The notes: generated from the sequence alone by a model not told the origin. 32,000 nucleotides of DNA from an uncultured Clostridia bacterium (GCA_937907055.1 CALCTW010000107.1:4985-36984); one strand, 5' to 3'; shown: positions 1 to 8,518, counted from the stretch's first letter. Translations and numbers: made by a program.

Positions 1-105
1 TTCCGCCCGTTCGGCGGACAGAACGCGAGAAAAACATCAAAACGCCCTTCTAAAAGTGATCTTCTCTTCAAAGATCAGGCATAGAAGGAACTTGAAAGGA
101 TCATT

Positions 106-834
106 ATGCAAGTCGAACAAACTTATTTCATCGGCAGCGAGGACACCGGCGCGGACAACGCCATGTCCGATAAATTCATTCTGGAAGCGCTCGGCAATAC
201 CGCCTGCAAGCATGCCACACTCTCCGGCCAGGGCGTGGACGACCGCGATCAGAACCATCTTGCCTGGGTCGTCACCAACTGGAAGATCGAGGTCCTTTCC
301 CGTCCCCGTATGTGTGAGACGGTCAAGGTACGCACCTGGATCCAGCAGAGCGACCGTCTGCTCTCCAAACGCGATTTTGAACTCTATAATGATAAAGATT
401 AGCTGATCGCCCGCGCCTCCTCTGTCTGGATGGCGATCAATCTGAACACCCAGTTCCTCACGCGCATCACCCCGGCGCTTCTGGCTCCCTACGAGCCCGA
501 ACCGGAGCATACCGTATTCCCCGCGGATGCTGTGTTCACCGATCTGAACACGCTTTCCCTTCCGGCGGAAAACTTCGATATCTACACCATTCCCAAGGCC
601 ATGATCGACTGCAACGCCCATGTGCACAACTCCTCTTATCTGGACATTGCCATGCAGGTGCTGCCGGAGGGGCCGGATACTCTTCCCTTCGATCATCTTC
701 AGATCTCCTACAAGAAGGAGATCAAGCCCCGCGCGACCATCAAGCTGGAATACGCGCGGAGCGAAGGCCGCCATTATGTCTTCTTCAAGGGTCTTGCGGA
801 TGATACCCTGCACGCCGTGCTGGAGCTGTATTGA
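106..834 (+). pseudogene. Acyl-ACP thioesterase (double hotdog, FatA/B-like), 242 codons, interrupted by one in-frame TAG at 400-402 (pseudogene under the standard bacterial code, or read-through/recoded)
   Basis: ORFs 106-402 and 430-834 share one frame, and the frame is open from 403 onward. The joined product MQVEQTYF..HLAWVVTNWKIEV..YNDKD*LIARASSVWMAINL..CNAHVHNSSYLD..LELY has the length and both hotdog halves of bacterial acyl-ACP thioesterases. RBS GAAAGGA lies 6 nt before ATG 106; terminal TGA at 832-834. Confidence 0.8.
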
Positions 835-866
835 CCTTTACAGCCTGTTCTCTTTATAAGCATCAT

Positions 867-902
867 AAAACAACTGCCGCCCGATCACGGACGGCAGTTT
901 TC
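867..902. terminator. Bidirectional intrinsic terminator between convergent thioesterase and permease genes
   Basis: Stem AACTGCCG (872-879) / CGGCAGTT (892-899), flanked by AAAA upstream and TTTT downstream. Confidence 0.7.
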
Positions 903-915
903 GTATTGATTGGGT

Positions 916-2091
916 TTACAGCGCCTTCAAAAGCATCATGAAGGCCACCAGGATGATCAGGAACGCGAAGTTGAACGCCGAGAACAGCAGCACATAGCGG
1001 CCGCCCTTCCCGGGATTGTGCTTCCTGTATTCGCGGAAGGTGATCAGGCTGGCCAGCGAGGCGATCAGTGTACCGACACCGCCGATATTGACACCCACCA
1101 GCAGATCGGCGTAATTCTCCGTGAACTGTGAAAGCAGGATGGCGCTGGGCACGTTACTGATGCACTGGCAGGAAAGCACGGAGGAAAGCAGCGTGGAGTT
1201 CTCCATCAGCCCTCTGAAAAGCTCCTGCACAGCGCCGATCCGCGCCATGTTGCCGGCAAAGACGAAGAAGAACACGAAGGTGAACAGCAGCGTGTAGTCC
1301 ACCATCTTCAGAGCCTTGCGGTCCATCACGAACAGCACAGGCGGGATGACGATGAGGCCGATCCAGTACGGAATGAAACGGAAAACGATGACGATCGCCA
1401 GCGTGAAGAGCAGCAGATAGATGACCGCGCGGCCGCGGTTGAAATCGATCCGCTCATCCGGCAGCTCAAGCGGTTCGTTTTTCACAAATACCAGACAACA
1501 GACGGTGATCAGCGTCACGCTGAGCAGAAACGGCGGCGCCATGATGCTGACGAACTCTGCCGTGGGGATATTGAAATGCGAATACAGATACAGGTTCTGC
1601 GGATTGCCGAACGGCGTGAGCATGCCGCCCAGATTGGCCGCGATATTCTGCATGATAAAGGTAAAGGCCATGTATTTTTCTTTTTTTGTGGTGGTCAGTA
1701 CCAGAAATCCCAGCGGCAGGAAGGTGAGCAGCGCCATATCATTGGCGATCAGCATGCTGCCGATGAAGGTGATATACACCAGCGCCAGCACAGCCATCCG
1801 CGCGTTCCGGAACAGCTGGATCACCTTTCTGGCCAGCATGAAGAAGAAATTGATATTCTTCAGCGCGCACACCACCGCCAGCACACAGAAAAGGCAGGTG
1901 AGGGTCTTGTAATCAAAGTAATCGATGTACTTTTCATCCGGCGGAATGATGAACGCGGTGATGACCGCCGCGCACAGCGCGATGCACATGACCACATTCC
2001 GCTTGACGAAGCCGAACGCCCGCTTCAAAAAGGGTTTCCCCTGCTTCGCCGGAGCGGCTGTCAAAGCCCCTTCTGTATTCTCTTCCTTCAT
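916..2091 (-). CDS. Multi-pass membrane permease, ArsB/NhaD/citrate-transporter superfamily (YbiR-like)
   Basis: Long hydrophobic ORF with about 10 predicted TM segments and a GGMLTPFGNPQNL motif typical of this permease superfamily. I trimmed the ORF-track start (2184) to ATG 2091 (MKEENTEG..) because the upstream part overlaps a leader downstream of a consensus promoter. Stop is TAA. Confidence 0.6.
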   Translation of the reverse strand: MKEENTEGALTAAPAKQGKPFLKRAFGFVKRNVVMCIALCAAVITAFIIPPDEKYIDYFDYKTLTCLFCVLAVVCALKNINFFFMLARKVIQLFRNARMAVLALVYITFIGSMLIANDMALLTFLPLGFLVLTTTKKEKYMAFTFIMQNIAANLGGMLTPFGNPQNLYLYSHFNIPTAEFVSIMAPPFLLSVTLITVCCLVFVKNEPLELPDERIDFNRGRAVIYLLLFTLAIVIVFRFIPYWIGLIVIPPVLFVMDRKALKMVDYTLLFTFVFFFVFAGNMARIGAVQELFRGLMENSTLLSSVLSCQCISNVPSAILLSQFTENYADLLVGVNIGGVGTLIASLASLITFREYRKHNPGKGGRYVLLFSAFNFAFLIILVAFMMLLKAL

Positions 2092-2276
2092 ATACCGTTC
2101 ATCTCTTTCTTTACTGATCTCCGGCCTTCCGGAGGAACTGATAGATCCCGATCGGCGTATATCCTTGAACACGCGGCCCGGCAATCCGTCAGATCCTCAG
2201 CAGAATATGCTTCTCCGCCGGCACTGCAAAGCCCAAGCCCTGTCCTGCAGGGCTTTCCGGGCGCAAAGCCCACACG
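2092..2276 (-). promoter_or_regulatory. About 185-nt GC-rich structured 5' leader of the permease gene (unclassified; riboswitch-like alternative pairings)
   Basis: On the minus-strand RNA, GGGCUUUGC occurs twice. AAAGCCC can pair with GGGCUUU, while the overlapping AAGCCCUG pairs with CAGGGCUU. There is also a CUCCGG-AAGG-CCGGAG hairpin just before the RBS region. Confidence 0.35.
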
Positions 2277-2305
2277 ATTTTACCGCCTGTCCCCCCCTTT
2301 GTCAA
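2277..2305 (-). promoter_or_regulatory. Sigma-A type promoter of the permease gene
   Basis: Minus strand reads TTGACA (2305-2300), a 17-nt spacer, then TAAAAT (2282-2277). Confidence 0.6.
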
Positions 2306-2371
2306 TCATTATTGCTCTGCCTTATGTCTATCACTTTTGTAGATAAATACAATCCGAATACAATTAACCTA

Positions 2372-2400
2372 TTGACTCGGTAGGTATTTGATGATAAAGT
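2372..2400 (+). promoter_or_regulatory. Sigma-A type promoter of the Met/Cys leader ORF - metY unit
   Basis: TTGACT (2372-2377), a 17-nt spacer, then TAAAGT (2395-2400). Confidence 0.6.
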
Positions 2401-2431
2401 AAAGACACTTCAAAGAAAGGAGGCAGACACC

Positions 2432-2526
2432 ATGAAGAAGAGCACCTTCACCCGTGAGAGCATGATGATGCGAATGGACATGTGCATGTGCATGTGTCTT
2501 CATTTCGTGTGTGTCTGCAGCCGTTG
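2432..2526 (+). CDS. 31-aa Met/Cys-rich small ORF, candidate regulatory leader peptide for metY
   Basis: RBS AAAGGAGG ends 8 nt before ATG 2432. Translation is MKKSTFTRESMMMRMDMCMCMCLHFVCVCSR, with stop TGA at 2524-2526. The ORF is below the length cutoff of the supplied ORF track. Confidence 0.55.
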
Positions 2527-2550
2527 ATCTGTAACGGTATCTCTCCTGAC

Positions 2551-2581
2551 AGGGGCAGCACACGCTGCCCCTCTTTTATTT
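2551..2581 (+). terminator. Intrinsic terminator (attenuator) between the leader ORF and metY
   Basis: AGGGGCAGC (2551-2559), ACAC loop, GCTGCCCCT (2564-2572), followed by CTTTTATTT. Confidence 0.7.
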
Positions 2582-2722
2582 GAAAGGATGTATGTTTTAT
2601 GAGAAAGCTTCTCCCGAACCGCGTGACAGACCGAATGTAACGATCCGCTGTAAACGATCCCCGGAAACCTCTTCATCAAATATCACCATCCCAACTAAAA
2701 GAAAGATAAAGGAGATTAAACC

Positions 2723-4003
2723 ATGAGTCAGTATAAATTTGAAACCCTGCAGCTTCACGTCGGTCAGGAAACTCCCGATCCCGCCTCTGATGCCCGCGCC
2801 GTACCGATCTACGCCACCACCTCCTATGTGTTCCACAACAGCCAGCACGCGGCGGACCGCTTCGGTCTGGCCGATGCCGGTAACATCTACGGCCGTCTGA
2901 CCAATTCCACGCAGGGCGTGTTTGAACAGCGCATCGCCGCGCTGGAAGGCGGCACGGCCGGCCTGGCAGTCGCCTCCGGCGCCGCGGCCATCACCTACAC
3001 GCTGCAGGCGCTGGCCAGGCAGGGCGAGCATATCGTCGCGCAGAAGACCATCTACGGCGGCACCTCCAACCTGCTGGCGCACACGCTGCCGCTGTACGGC
3101 ATCACGGCTTCCTTCGTGGATGCCCATAACCTTGCCGAAGTCGAGAGCGCCATTCAGCCCAACACCAAGGCCATCTATATCGAAACACTGGGCAATCCCA
3201 ATTCCGATATTCCGGATATCGACGCCATCGCGGAGATCGCCCACAAGCATGGCCTGCCGCTGGTGATCGATAACACCTTCGGCACCCCCTACCTGATCCG
3301 CCCCATCGAACACGGCGCGGATGTCGTGATCCATTCCGCCACCAAATTCATCGGCGGCCATGGCACCACGCTGGGCGGTGTGATCGTCGACGGCGGCACC
3401 TTCGACTGGGCGGCTTCCGGCCGTTATCCCTGGATCTCCGAGCCCAACCCCAGTTATCACGGTGTCCGCTTCACCGCGGCTGCCGGTGCCGCTGCCTTTG
3501 TCACCTACATCCGCGCCATTCTGCTGCGCGATGAAGGTGCCTGCATCTCCCCCTTCGCGGCCTTCCTGCTGCTGCAGGGCACGGAAACGCTTTCCCTTCG
3601 TCTGGAACGCCATGCCGAAAATGCCAAAAAGGTGGTCGATTTCCTGGTCAGGCATCCCAAGGTCGCCAAGGTGAATCATCCCAGTCTGCCCGATCATCCC
3701 GATCACAAGCTGTATGAAAAGTATTTCCCGAACGGCGGCGCCTCCATCTTTACCTTTGAGGTCAAGGGCGGTCAGGCGGAAGCCTTCAAATTCATTGACA
3801 GCCTGAAGATCTTCTCCCTGCTGGCCAATGTGGCGGATGTCAAATCGCTGGTGATCCACCCTGCCACCACCACGCACTCCCAGCTGACGGATGAAGAACT
3901 GGCGGATGTCGGCATCTCCCGCAGCACCGTCCGCCTTTCCATCGGCACAGAACATATCGATGATATCCTTGCTGATCTGGATCAGGCGCTGGCGCAGATC
4001 TGA
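2723..4003 (+). CDS. metY: O-acetylhomoserine sulfhydrylase / aminocarboxypropyltransferase (PLP-dependent, Cys/Met metabolism family)
   Basis: 426 aa. N-terminus is FETLQLHVGQ; the PLP-lysine region is HSATKFIGGHG; the C-terminus is HPATTTHSQL..RLSIGTEHIDDI. RBS AAAGGAG precedes the start; stop is TGA. Confidence 0.9.
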   Translation: MSQYKFETLQLHVGQETPDPASDARAVPIYATTSYVFHNSQHAADRFGLADAGNIYGRLTNSTQGVFEQRIAALEGGTAGLAVASGAAAITYTLQALARQGEHIVAQKTIYGGTSNLLAHTLPLYGITASFVDAHNLAEVESAIQPNTKAIYIETLGNPNSDIPDIDAIAEIAHKHGLPLVIDNTFGTPYLIRPIEHGADVVIHSATKFIGGHGTTLGGVIVDGGTFDWAASGRYPWISEPNPSYHGVRFTAAAGAAAFVTYIRAILLRDEGACISPFAAFLLLQGTETLSLRLERHAENAKKVVDFLVRHPKVAKVNHPSLPDHPDHKLYEKYFPNGGASIFTFEVKGGQAEAFKFIDSLKIFSLLANVADVKSLVIHPATTTHSQLTDEELADVGISRSTVRLSIGTEHIDDILADLDQALAQI

Positions 4004-4028
4004 TCATCTGAATATTCCTTTTATTGCA

Positions 4029-4064
4029 GCGGAACGGGTTCCTCCCCCGTTCCGCTCTTTATTT
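4029..4064 (+). terminator. Intrinsic terminator after metY
   Basis: GCGGAACGGG (4029-4038) / CCCGTTCCGC (4046-4055), followed by TCTTTATTT. Confidence 0.8.
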
Positions 4065-4154
4065 GACGGCATCACGGTCCTTTCGTGAAATCGCCCTTTT
4101 CTCGCATTCCGCTTTATGGTATAATCCTTTCATCTGAGCATGGGAGGTACGCGT

Positions 4155-6479
4155 ATGCGTTTATGGTATCAGCAGCCCGCTGCCGCGTGGGTGGAAGCGC
4201 TTCCGCTGGGGAACGGCCGTCTGGGCGCCATGGTATTCGGTGATCCGCTGCACGAAAGGTTTGCCCTCAATGAGGATTCCCTCTGGAGCGGGATCCCCAC
4301 CGATCACAACCTGAAGGATGTCTATCCGCATTTCCTGAAGGCGCAGGAGCTGATGCTCTCCGGCGATGCCGCTGCCGCGCAGCGTGAGACCGAAAAGCAT
4401 ATCCTGGGGCCCTTCACGGAGGCCTATGAGCCTTACGGCGATCTGTATCTGGATATCACAGGCGCGTGCGATACCTGCACCGGCTACACCCGGGAGCTGG
4501 ATCTGGACCGCGCTGTCTGCACTGCGCAATATGTCCTCGGCAATGAACAGGTCCGCGTGGAAAGCTTTATTTCCGCGCCCGAACAGGTGATGGTCATCCG
4601 TCTTGCGGCATCAGACCGCGGCGTCACCGCCCGTGCGCGTCTTGACAGCCCTCTGAAGCACAGCTGCCGCACGGAAGAGGGCAATACCCTGCTCATGGCC
4701 GTGCAGTGCCCCACCGGTTCTGTACCCAGTTATGTGCCCGGTGTGCCGGATCCGGTGACCTACGCGGAGGACCAAGAAAAGCGCGGCCTTTCCGCCGTCG
4801 GCATCCTGAAGGCTGTCTGCGACGGCACCTGCGCGGTCTGTGAAAATACCCTCATCCTGTCCGGCTTCAGCGAGGCCGTTCTTGTATTTGCCTGCCGCAG
4901 TGATTACGCCGATTTTAATATCCTGCCCTCCAGGACCGGCATCGATCCCGAAGCGCTCAGCCGCGCCGATCTTGAAAAAGCCGGTCTTTCATTCGAACCG
5001 CTCCTGAAAGCGCACGAGCAGGATCATGCCGCTCTTTATCAGCGCCAGTCCATTCAGGTGGAAGGCAACGAACGCGAAACGCTTCCCACGGATGAACGGC
5101 TGCGCCTTTTCCGGGAAGACGGCAATGATCCCTCCCTGCCCGTGCTGCTGTATCAGTTCGGACGCTATCTGATGATCAGCGCGTCCCGCCCGGGTACCCG
5201 CGCCATGAACCTGCAGGGCATCTGGAACGATATGGTGCGTCCGCCATGGAGCTGCAACTACACCACCAATATCAATGTGGAAATGAACTACTGGCCGGCC
5301 GAGATCTGCAATCTGTCCGAGCTGCACGAGCCCTTCTTTACTCAGCTGCAGCACATGATGGAGACCGGCGCGCGCACAGCCAGAAATATCTTTAACGCGC
5401 GCGGAAGCTGCGCCAATCATAACTCCGACCTTTGGGCGCACACCACCCCGGTGGGCGAGCACGGCATCGGCAACGGTCTGTGGGGCTGGTGGCCGATGGG
5501 CTTTGGCTGGATGTGTGAGCATCTGTGGGAGCATTTCATCTACACCGATGATACCGTCTTCCTGAAGGAGACCGCGCTTCCCCTGCTGCGCGCCGCGGCG
5601 CAGTTCTTCATCGATACCTGCGCGGAAGGGCCGGACGGCTATAAGGCATTCCGGCTTGCCACCTCTCCCGAGAACCGCTACCTGCTGAACGGTGAGGAGA
5701 TCGCCTTTGCCGGTCATACCACCATGAGCGACAGCATCGTGCGCGAGGTGCTTTCCAACTACCTTTCCGCGCTGGATGCGCTGGGCATCACGGAGGATGA
5801 CGAAAATGACGCCCGTGATCTGCTGCTTCGTCTGCCTCCGCCGCGCGTCCTGCCGGATGGAAGGCTGGCGGAATGGGACGGGGAAAAACAGGAGGTGGAA
5901 CCGCAGCACCGCCATATCTCCCACCTTTACGGGCTTTTCCCGGCGCATGAATTCAAGGATGAGGACACCGCCCTTCGCGACGCCTGCAAAGCCTCGCTGG
6001 CTGTGCGCGGCGATGACGGCACGGGCTGGAGCCTGGGCTGGAAGATCAACGTGTGGGCGCGCCTGCGCGACGGCGATCACGCGCTGAAGCTGATCCATCG
6101 TCAGCTTCGTCTGGTGGAACCGGGCAAGGAGCAGTTCGAAGGCGGCGGCACATTCCCCAATCTCTTCGACGCGCATCCCCCGTTCCAGATCGACGGCAAC
6201 TTCGCGGCAGCCAGCGGTCTCGCCCGTCTGCTGATCGACAGCGACCGTGATGACATCCGCATCCTCCCGGCCCTGCCTTCCGCGTGGAAGAATCTGCAGG
6301 CGACCGGGCTTCGCGGCGCGAACGGCTTCACCTTCGATCTGAAGGTGGAAAACGGCAAACTGACCTCGCTGGTGGCGCACAGCGTTTCCGCGCGCCGCAC
6401 AAGGATCCATGTCAACGGCATCATCGGGGAACTGACCATACAGCCCGGCGATTCCATGGAAATGGCCTATATCTTCTGA
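4155..6479 (+). CDS. Glycoside hydrolase family 95 (alpha-L-fucosidase-like)
   Basis: The N-terminus MRLWYQQPAAAWVEALPLGNGRLGAMVFG and the roughly 775-aa length are typical of GH95. I chose the start at the second ATG (4155) because GGGAGG lies 8 nt upstream. An extended -10 TGGTATAAT lies upstream. Stop is TGA. Confidence 0.8.
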   Translation: MRLWYQQPAAAWVEALPLGNGRLGAMVFGDPLHERFALNEDSLWSGIPTDHNLKDVYPHFLKAQELMLSGDAAAAQRETEKHILGPFTEAYEPYGDLYLDITGACDTCTGYTRELDLDRAVCTAQYVLGNEQVRVESFISAPEQVMVIRLAASDRGVTARARLDSPLKHSCRTEEGNTLLMAVQCPTGSVPSYVPGVPDPVTYAEDQEKRGLSAVGILKAVCDGTCAVCENTLILSGFSEAVLVFACRSDYADFNILPSRTGIDPEALSRADLEKAGLSFEPLLKAHEQDHAALYQRQSIQVEGNERETLPTDERLRLFREDGNDPSLPVLLYQFGRYLMISASRPGTRAMNLQGIWNDMVRPPWSCNYTTNINVEMNYWPAEICNLSELHEPFFTQLQHMMETGARTARNIFNARGSCANHNSDLWAHTTPVGEHGIGNGLWGWWPMGFGWMCEHLWEHFIYTDDTVFLKETALPLLRAAAQFFIDTCAEGPDGYKAFRLATSPENRYLLNGEEIAFAGHTTMSDSIVREVLSNYLSALDALGITEDDENDARDLLLRLPPPRVLPDGRLAEWDGEKQEVEPQHRHISHLYGLFPAHEFKDEDTALRDACKASLAVRGDDGTGWSLGWKINVWARLRDGDHALKLIHRQLRLVEPGKEQFEGGGTFPNLFDAHPPFQIDGNFAAASGLARLLIDSDRDDIRILPALPSAWKNLQATGLRGANGFTFDLKVENGKLTSLVAHSVSARRTRIHVNGIIGELTIQPGDSMEMAYIF

Positions 6480-6494
6480 TCTCTTTATTCTTTC

Positions 6495-6520
6495 AGGCGG
6501 CACGCTGTGCTGCCTTTTTT
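6495..6520 (+). terminator. Intrinsic terminator after the GH95 gene
   Basis: AGGCGGCA (6495-6502) / TGCTGCCT (6508-6515) with one G-U pair, followed by a T-run. Confidence 0.75.
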
Positions 6521-6617
6521 GATACGAAGCTCAGGGCTCACCCGGATCTCTCTCCGTCATTTATATGATCAAAAGCGCGACAGGTTATGAAAATTTGCGT
6601 GTTTTTAGCAATTTCTA

Positions 6618-6646
6618 TTGAATGTAATCGTTTACGGTGCTATAAT
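6618..6646 (+). promoter_or_regulatory. Sigma-A type promoter of the GH5 gene
   Basis: TTGAAT (6618-6623), a 17-nt spacer, then TATAAT (6641-6646). Confidence 0.65.
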
Positions 6647-6682
6647 ACAATCATCAAACAACTTTTTGAAAGGATGCCAACG

Positions 6683-8476
6683 ATGAAAAACATGATGATC
6701 CTCGCTCTGTGCCTGATCATGTTGCTCGGCTGCTTTAACTTTGTCCGGGCTGAAGGCACCGCCGATGACGGTGTGATGCGTGAAGGCCTGACTTCCGTTG
6801 AGCTGACCCGTCTGATGGGCAACGGAACCAATCTGGGCAACACCATGGAAGCCTGTGACACCTCCAAAATGAACTGGTCCGCCGATCCCTCCGCCTATGA
6901 GGTCACCTGGGGCCAGCCCATCACAACGCCCGAGATGCTTCAGGGCCTGAAGGATGCCGGTTTTGACACCATCCGCATCCCGGTCGCATGGATGACCAAT
7001 GCCACTTCGATGTATCTGGATCATGATTACACCATCGCGCCCGCCTTTATGGCCCGCGTGAAGGAGATCGTGGATATGGCCCGCGCCGCCGGCATGTATG
7101 TCATCATCAATGATCATTGGGACGGCGGCTGGTGGGGCATGTTCGGCTCTGATACCCCGGAGACCGTTGCCCTCGCCAAGGAAGCCTATGCCGGCATGTG
7201 GACGCAGATCGCCGAGACCTTCAAGGATTATTCCGATTACGTGATCTTTGAAGGCGCGAATGAAGAGATCGGCGCGCGCTTTGACGAAAACAGCAAATAC
7301 TGCTCCGATTCCGTGACGCACTACCTCACCGATAATCAGCGTTACGCGCTGGCCAATGAAGTGAACCAGCTGTTCGTAGACACCATCCGTGCCACCGGCG
7401 GCAACAACGCGCAGCGTTTCCTGCTGATCCCCGGTTACGGCACCAACATCGATAACACCTGTGACGCCCGCTTCAAGATGCCCGCGGACACCGCTGAAAA
7501 CAAGCTGCTGATCTCCGTGCATTTCTATGATCCCTGGTCCTACTGCGGCGCCTCCGATGCTGCCGGCGCTACCGCCTGGGGCACAAAGAAGGATCTGAAG
7601 ACTGTTCAGAGCACTTTGGCCAAGATGCAGTCCTTTGTCAGCCGCGGCTACGGCGTTGTGATCGGCGAATACGGCGCGCTGCCCGGCAATGACCGCGTGC
7701 TGAAGACCAATTCCGTCACCTACCACACCTTCTTCCTTGATTGCTGCGATCTGTTCGATTACACCGCCTGCCTGTGGGATACAAGCGGCTTCTATGTCCG
7801 CACGAATCTGGCTTTCGCGCATCAGGAGATGGGCGACGTGTACCTGAACCGCAACGCCGCCTCCGAAGCCGGCGCTGAACTCAGCGAGATCAAGGCCGCT
7901 GCCTCCGCGCGTATCGATGCCATGATCGAATCCGCGCCCGAAACGCTCCGCGCCGAGGTCGTGACTGCCGGCAATGATACCGCGGTCGCGTGGATCATGT
8001 GGAATGACGGCGGCTGGAGTCTCAGTTATTCCGTGGGCGATACCTACAGCCCCGATACCATCAGCCCCGGTATCAAGACAGTGGATCCCGTCATCACGGG
8101 CGAAGGCACCTACACTGTGTCGCTCGATTTCACCGGCACCCAGCAGGGCTTCAGCGCTAGCACCGCGTTCTCCGCGCTGGCCATCGCCAACGGCGAGACC
8201 CTCTTCCCCGGCTACGTGGTGGATATCACCGAATGCCGCATCAACGGTGAAGTGTATAAGTTCAAGGGACGTCCCTACACCACCTCCGATAACGGCGTGA
8301 CCACCCGTGTCAACCTGTTCAATGAATGGGTCACCACCGTACCCCGTGACAAGGCCCGTGTCCGCTTCGGCGATCTCACCGGCACCACCGCCACTCCCAT
8401 CAACCGCAATGATGAGGTGATCAATCATATCGAAACGATCGAGATCACCTTCTGGTACGGCCTGAGGACCAAATAA
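6683..8476 (+). CDS. Secreted glycoside hydrolase family 5 (cellulase/endoglucanase-like) with an uncharacterised C-terminal beta-rich module of about 190 aa
   Basis: Signal peptide MKNMMILALCLIMLLGCFNFVRA. GH5 motifs are GFDTIRIPV, INDHWDGGWW, FEGANEE (acid/base Glu) and VIGEYG (nucleophile Glu). I trimmed the start from ORF-track 6587 to ATG 6683. Stop is TAA. Confidence 0.8.
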   Translation: MKNMMILALCLIMLLGCFNFVRAEGTADDGVMREGLTSVELTRLMGNGTNLGNTMEACDTSKMNWSADPSAYEVTWGQPITTPEMLQGLKDAGFDTIRIPVAWMTNATSMYLDHDYTIAPAFMARVKEIVDMARAAGMYVIINDHWDGGWWGMFGSDTPETVALAKEAYAGMWTQIAETFKDYSDYVIFEGANEEIGARFDENSKYCSDSVTHYLTDNQRYALANEVNQLFVDTIRATGGNNAQRFLLIPGYGTNIDNTCDARFKMPADTAENKLLISVHFYDPWSYCGASDAAGATAWGTKKDLKTVQSTLAKMQSFVSRGYGVVIGEYGALPGNDRVLKTNSVTYHTFFLDCCDLFDYTACLWDTSGFYVRTNLAFAHQEMGDVYLNRNAASEAGAELSEIKAAASARIDAMIESAPETLRAEVVTAGNDTAVAWIMWNDGGWSLSYSVGDTYSPDTISPGIKTVDPVITGEGTYTVSLDFTGTQQGFSASTAFSALAIANGETLFPGYVVDITECRINGEVYKFKGRPYTTSDNGVTTRVNLFNEWVTTVPRDKARVRFGDLTGTTATPINRNDEVINHIETIEITFWYGLRTK

Positions 8477-8518
8477 TCCTTAAAAACAATGACTGCATTC
8501 CTTCCGGAACAGCAGCAC

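Noticed and set aside
2369-2563. 64-aa minus-strand ORF with a His-rich run (HAHAHVHSHHH) that could look like a metal-binding peptide
   Set aside because: It is the antisense mirror of the ATG/TGC-rich plus-strand leader ORF (CAT/GCA codons). It has no RBS and runs against the promoter, RBS and terminator logic seen on the plus strand.
2582-2722. Expected S-box (SAM-I) riboswitch or Met T-box leader in front of metY
   Set aside because: I could not find the conserved S-box core or the T-box AGGGTGGTACCGCG-type sequence by eye. This needs a covariance-model search to be certain.
2597-3955. 452-aa minus-strand ORF overlapping metY. Similar long shadow ORFs lie at 4989-6503(-), 6632-8428(-), 11909-13453(+), 13347-15362(+), 15325-16698(+), 19927-21252(+), 22261-23259(+), 24805-25662(+), 26334-27035(+) and 27183-28856(+).
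   Set aside because: These are typical antisense open frames of GC-rich coding DNA. Their products are low-complexity and rich in Gly/Arg/Ala/Asp with no recognisable motifs. The opposite strand in each case encodes a clearly conserved protein.
6587-6682. N-terminal extension of the GH5 ORF (MKICVFLAISIECNRLRCY..)
   Set aside because: The extension contains the TTGAAT-17-TATAAT promoter. A proper signal peptide begins at ATG 6683, preceded by an RBS.
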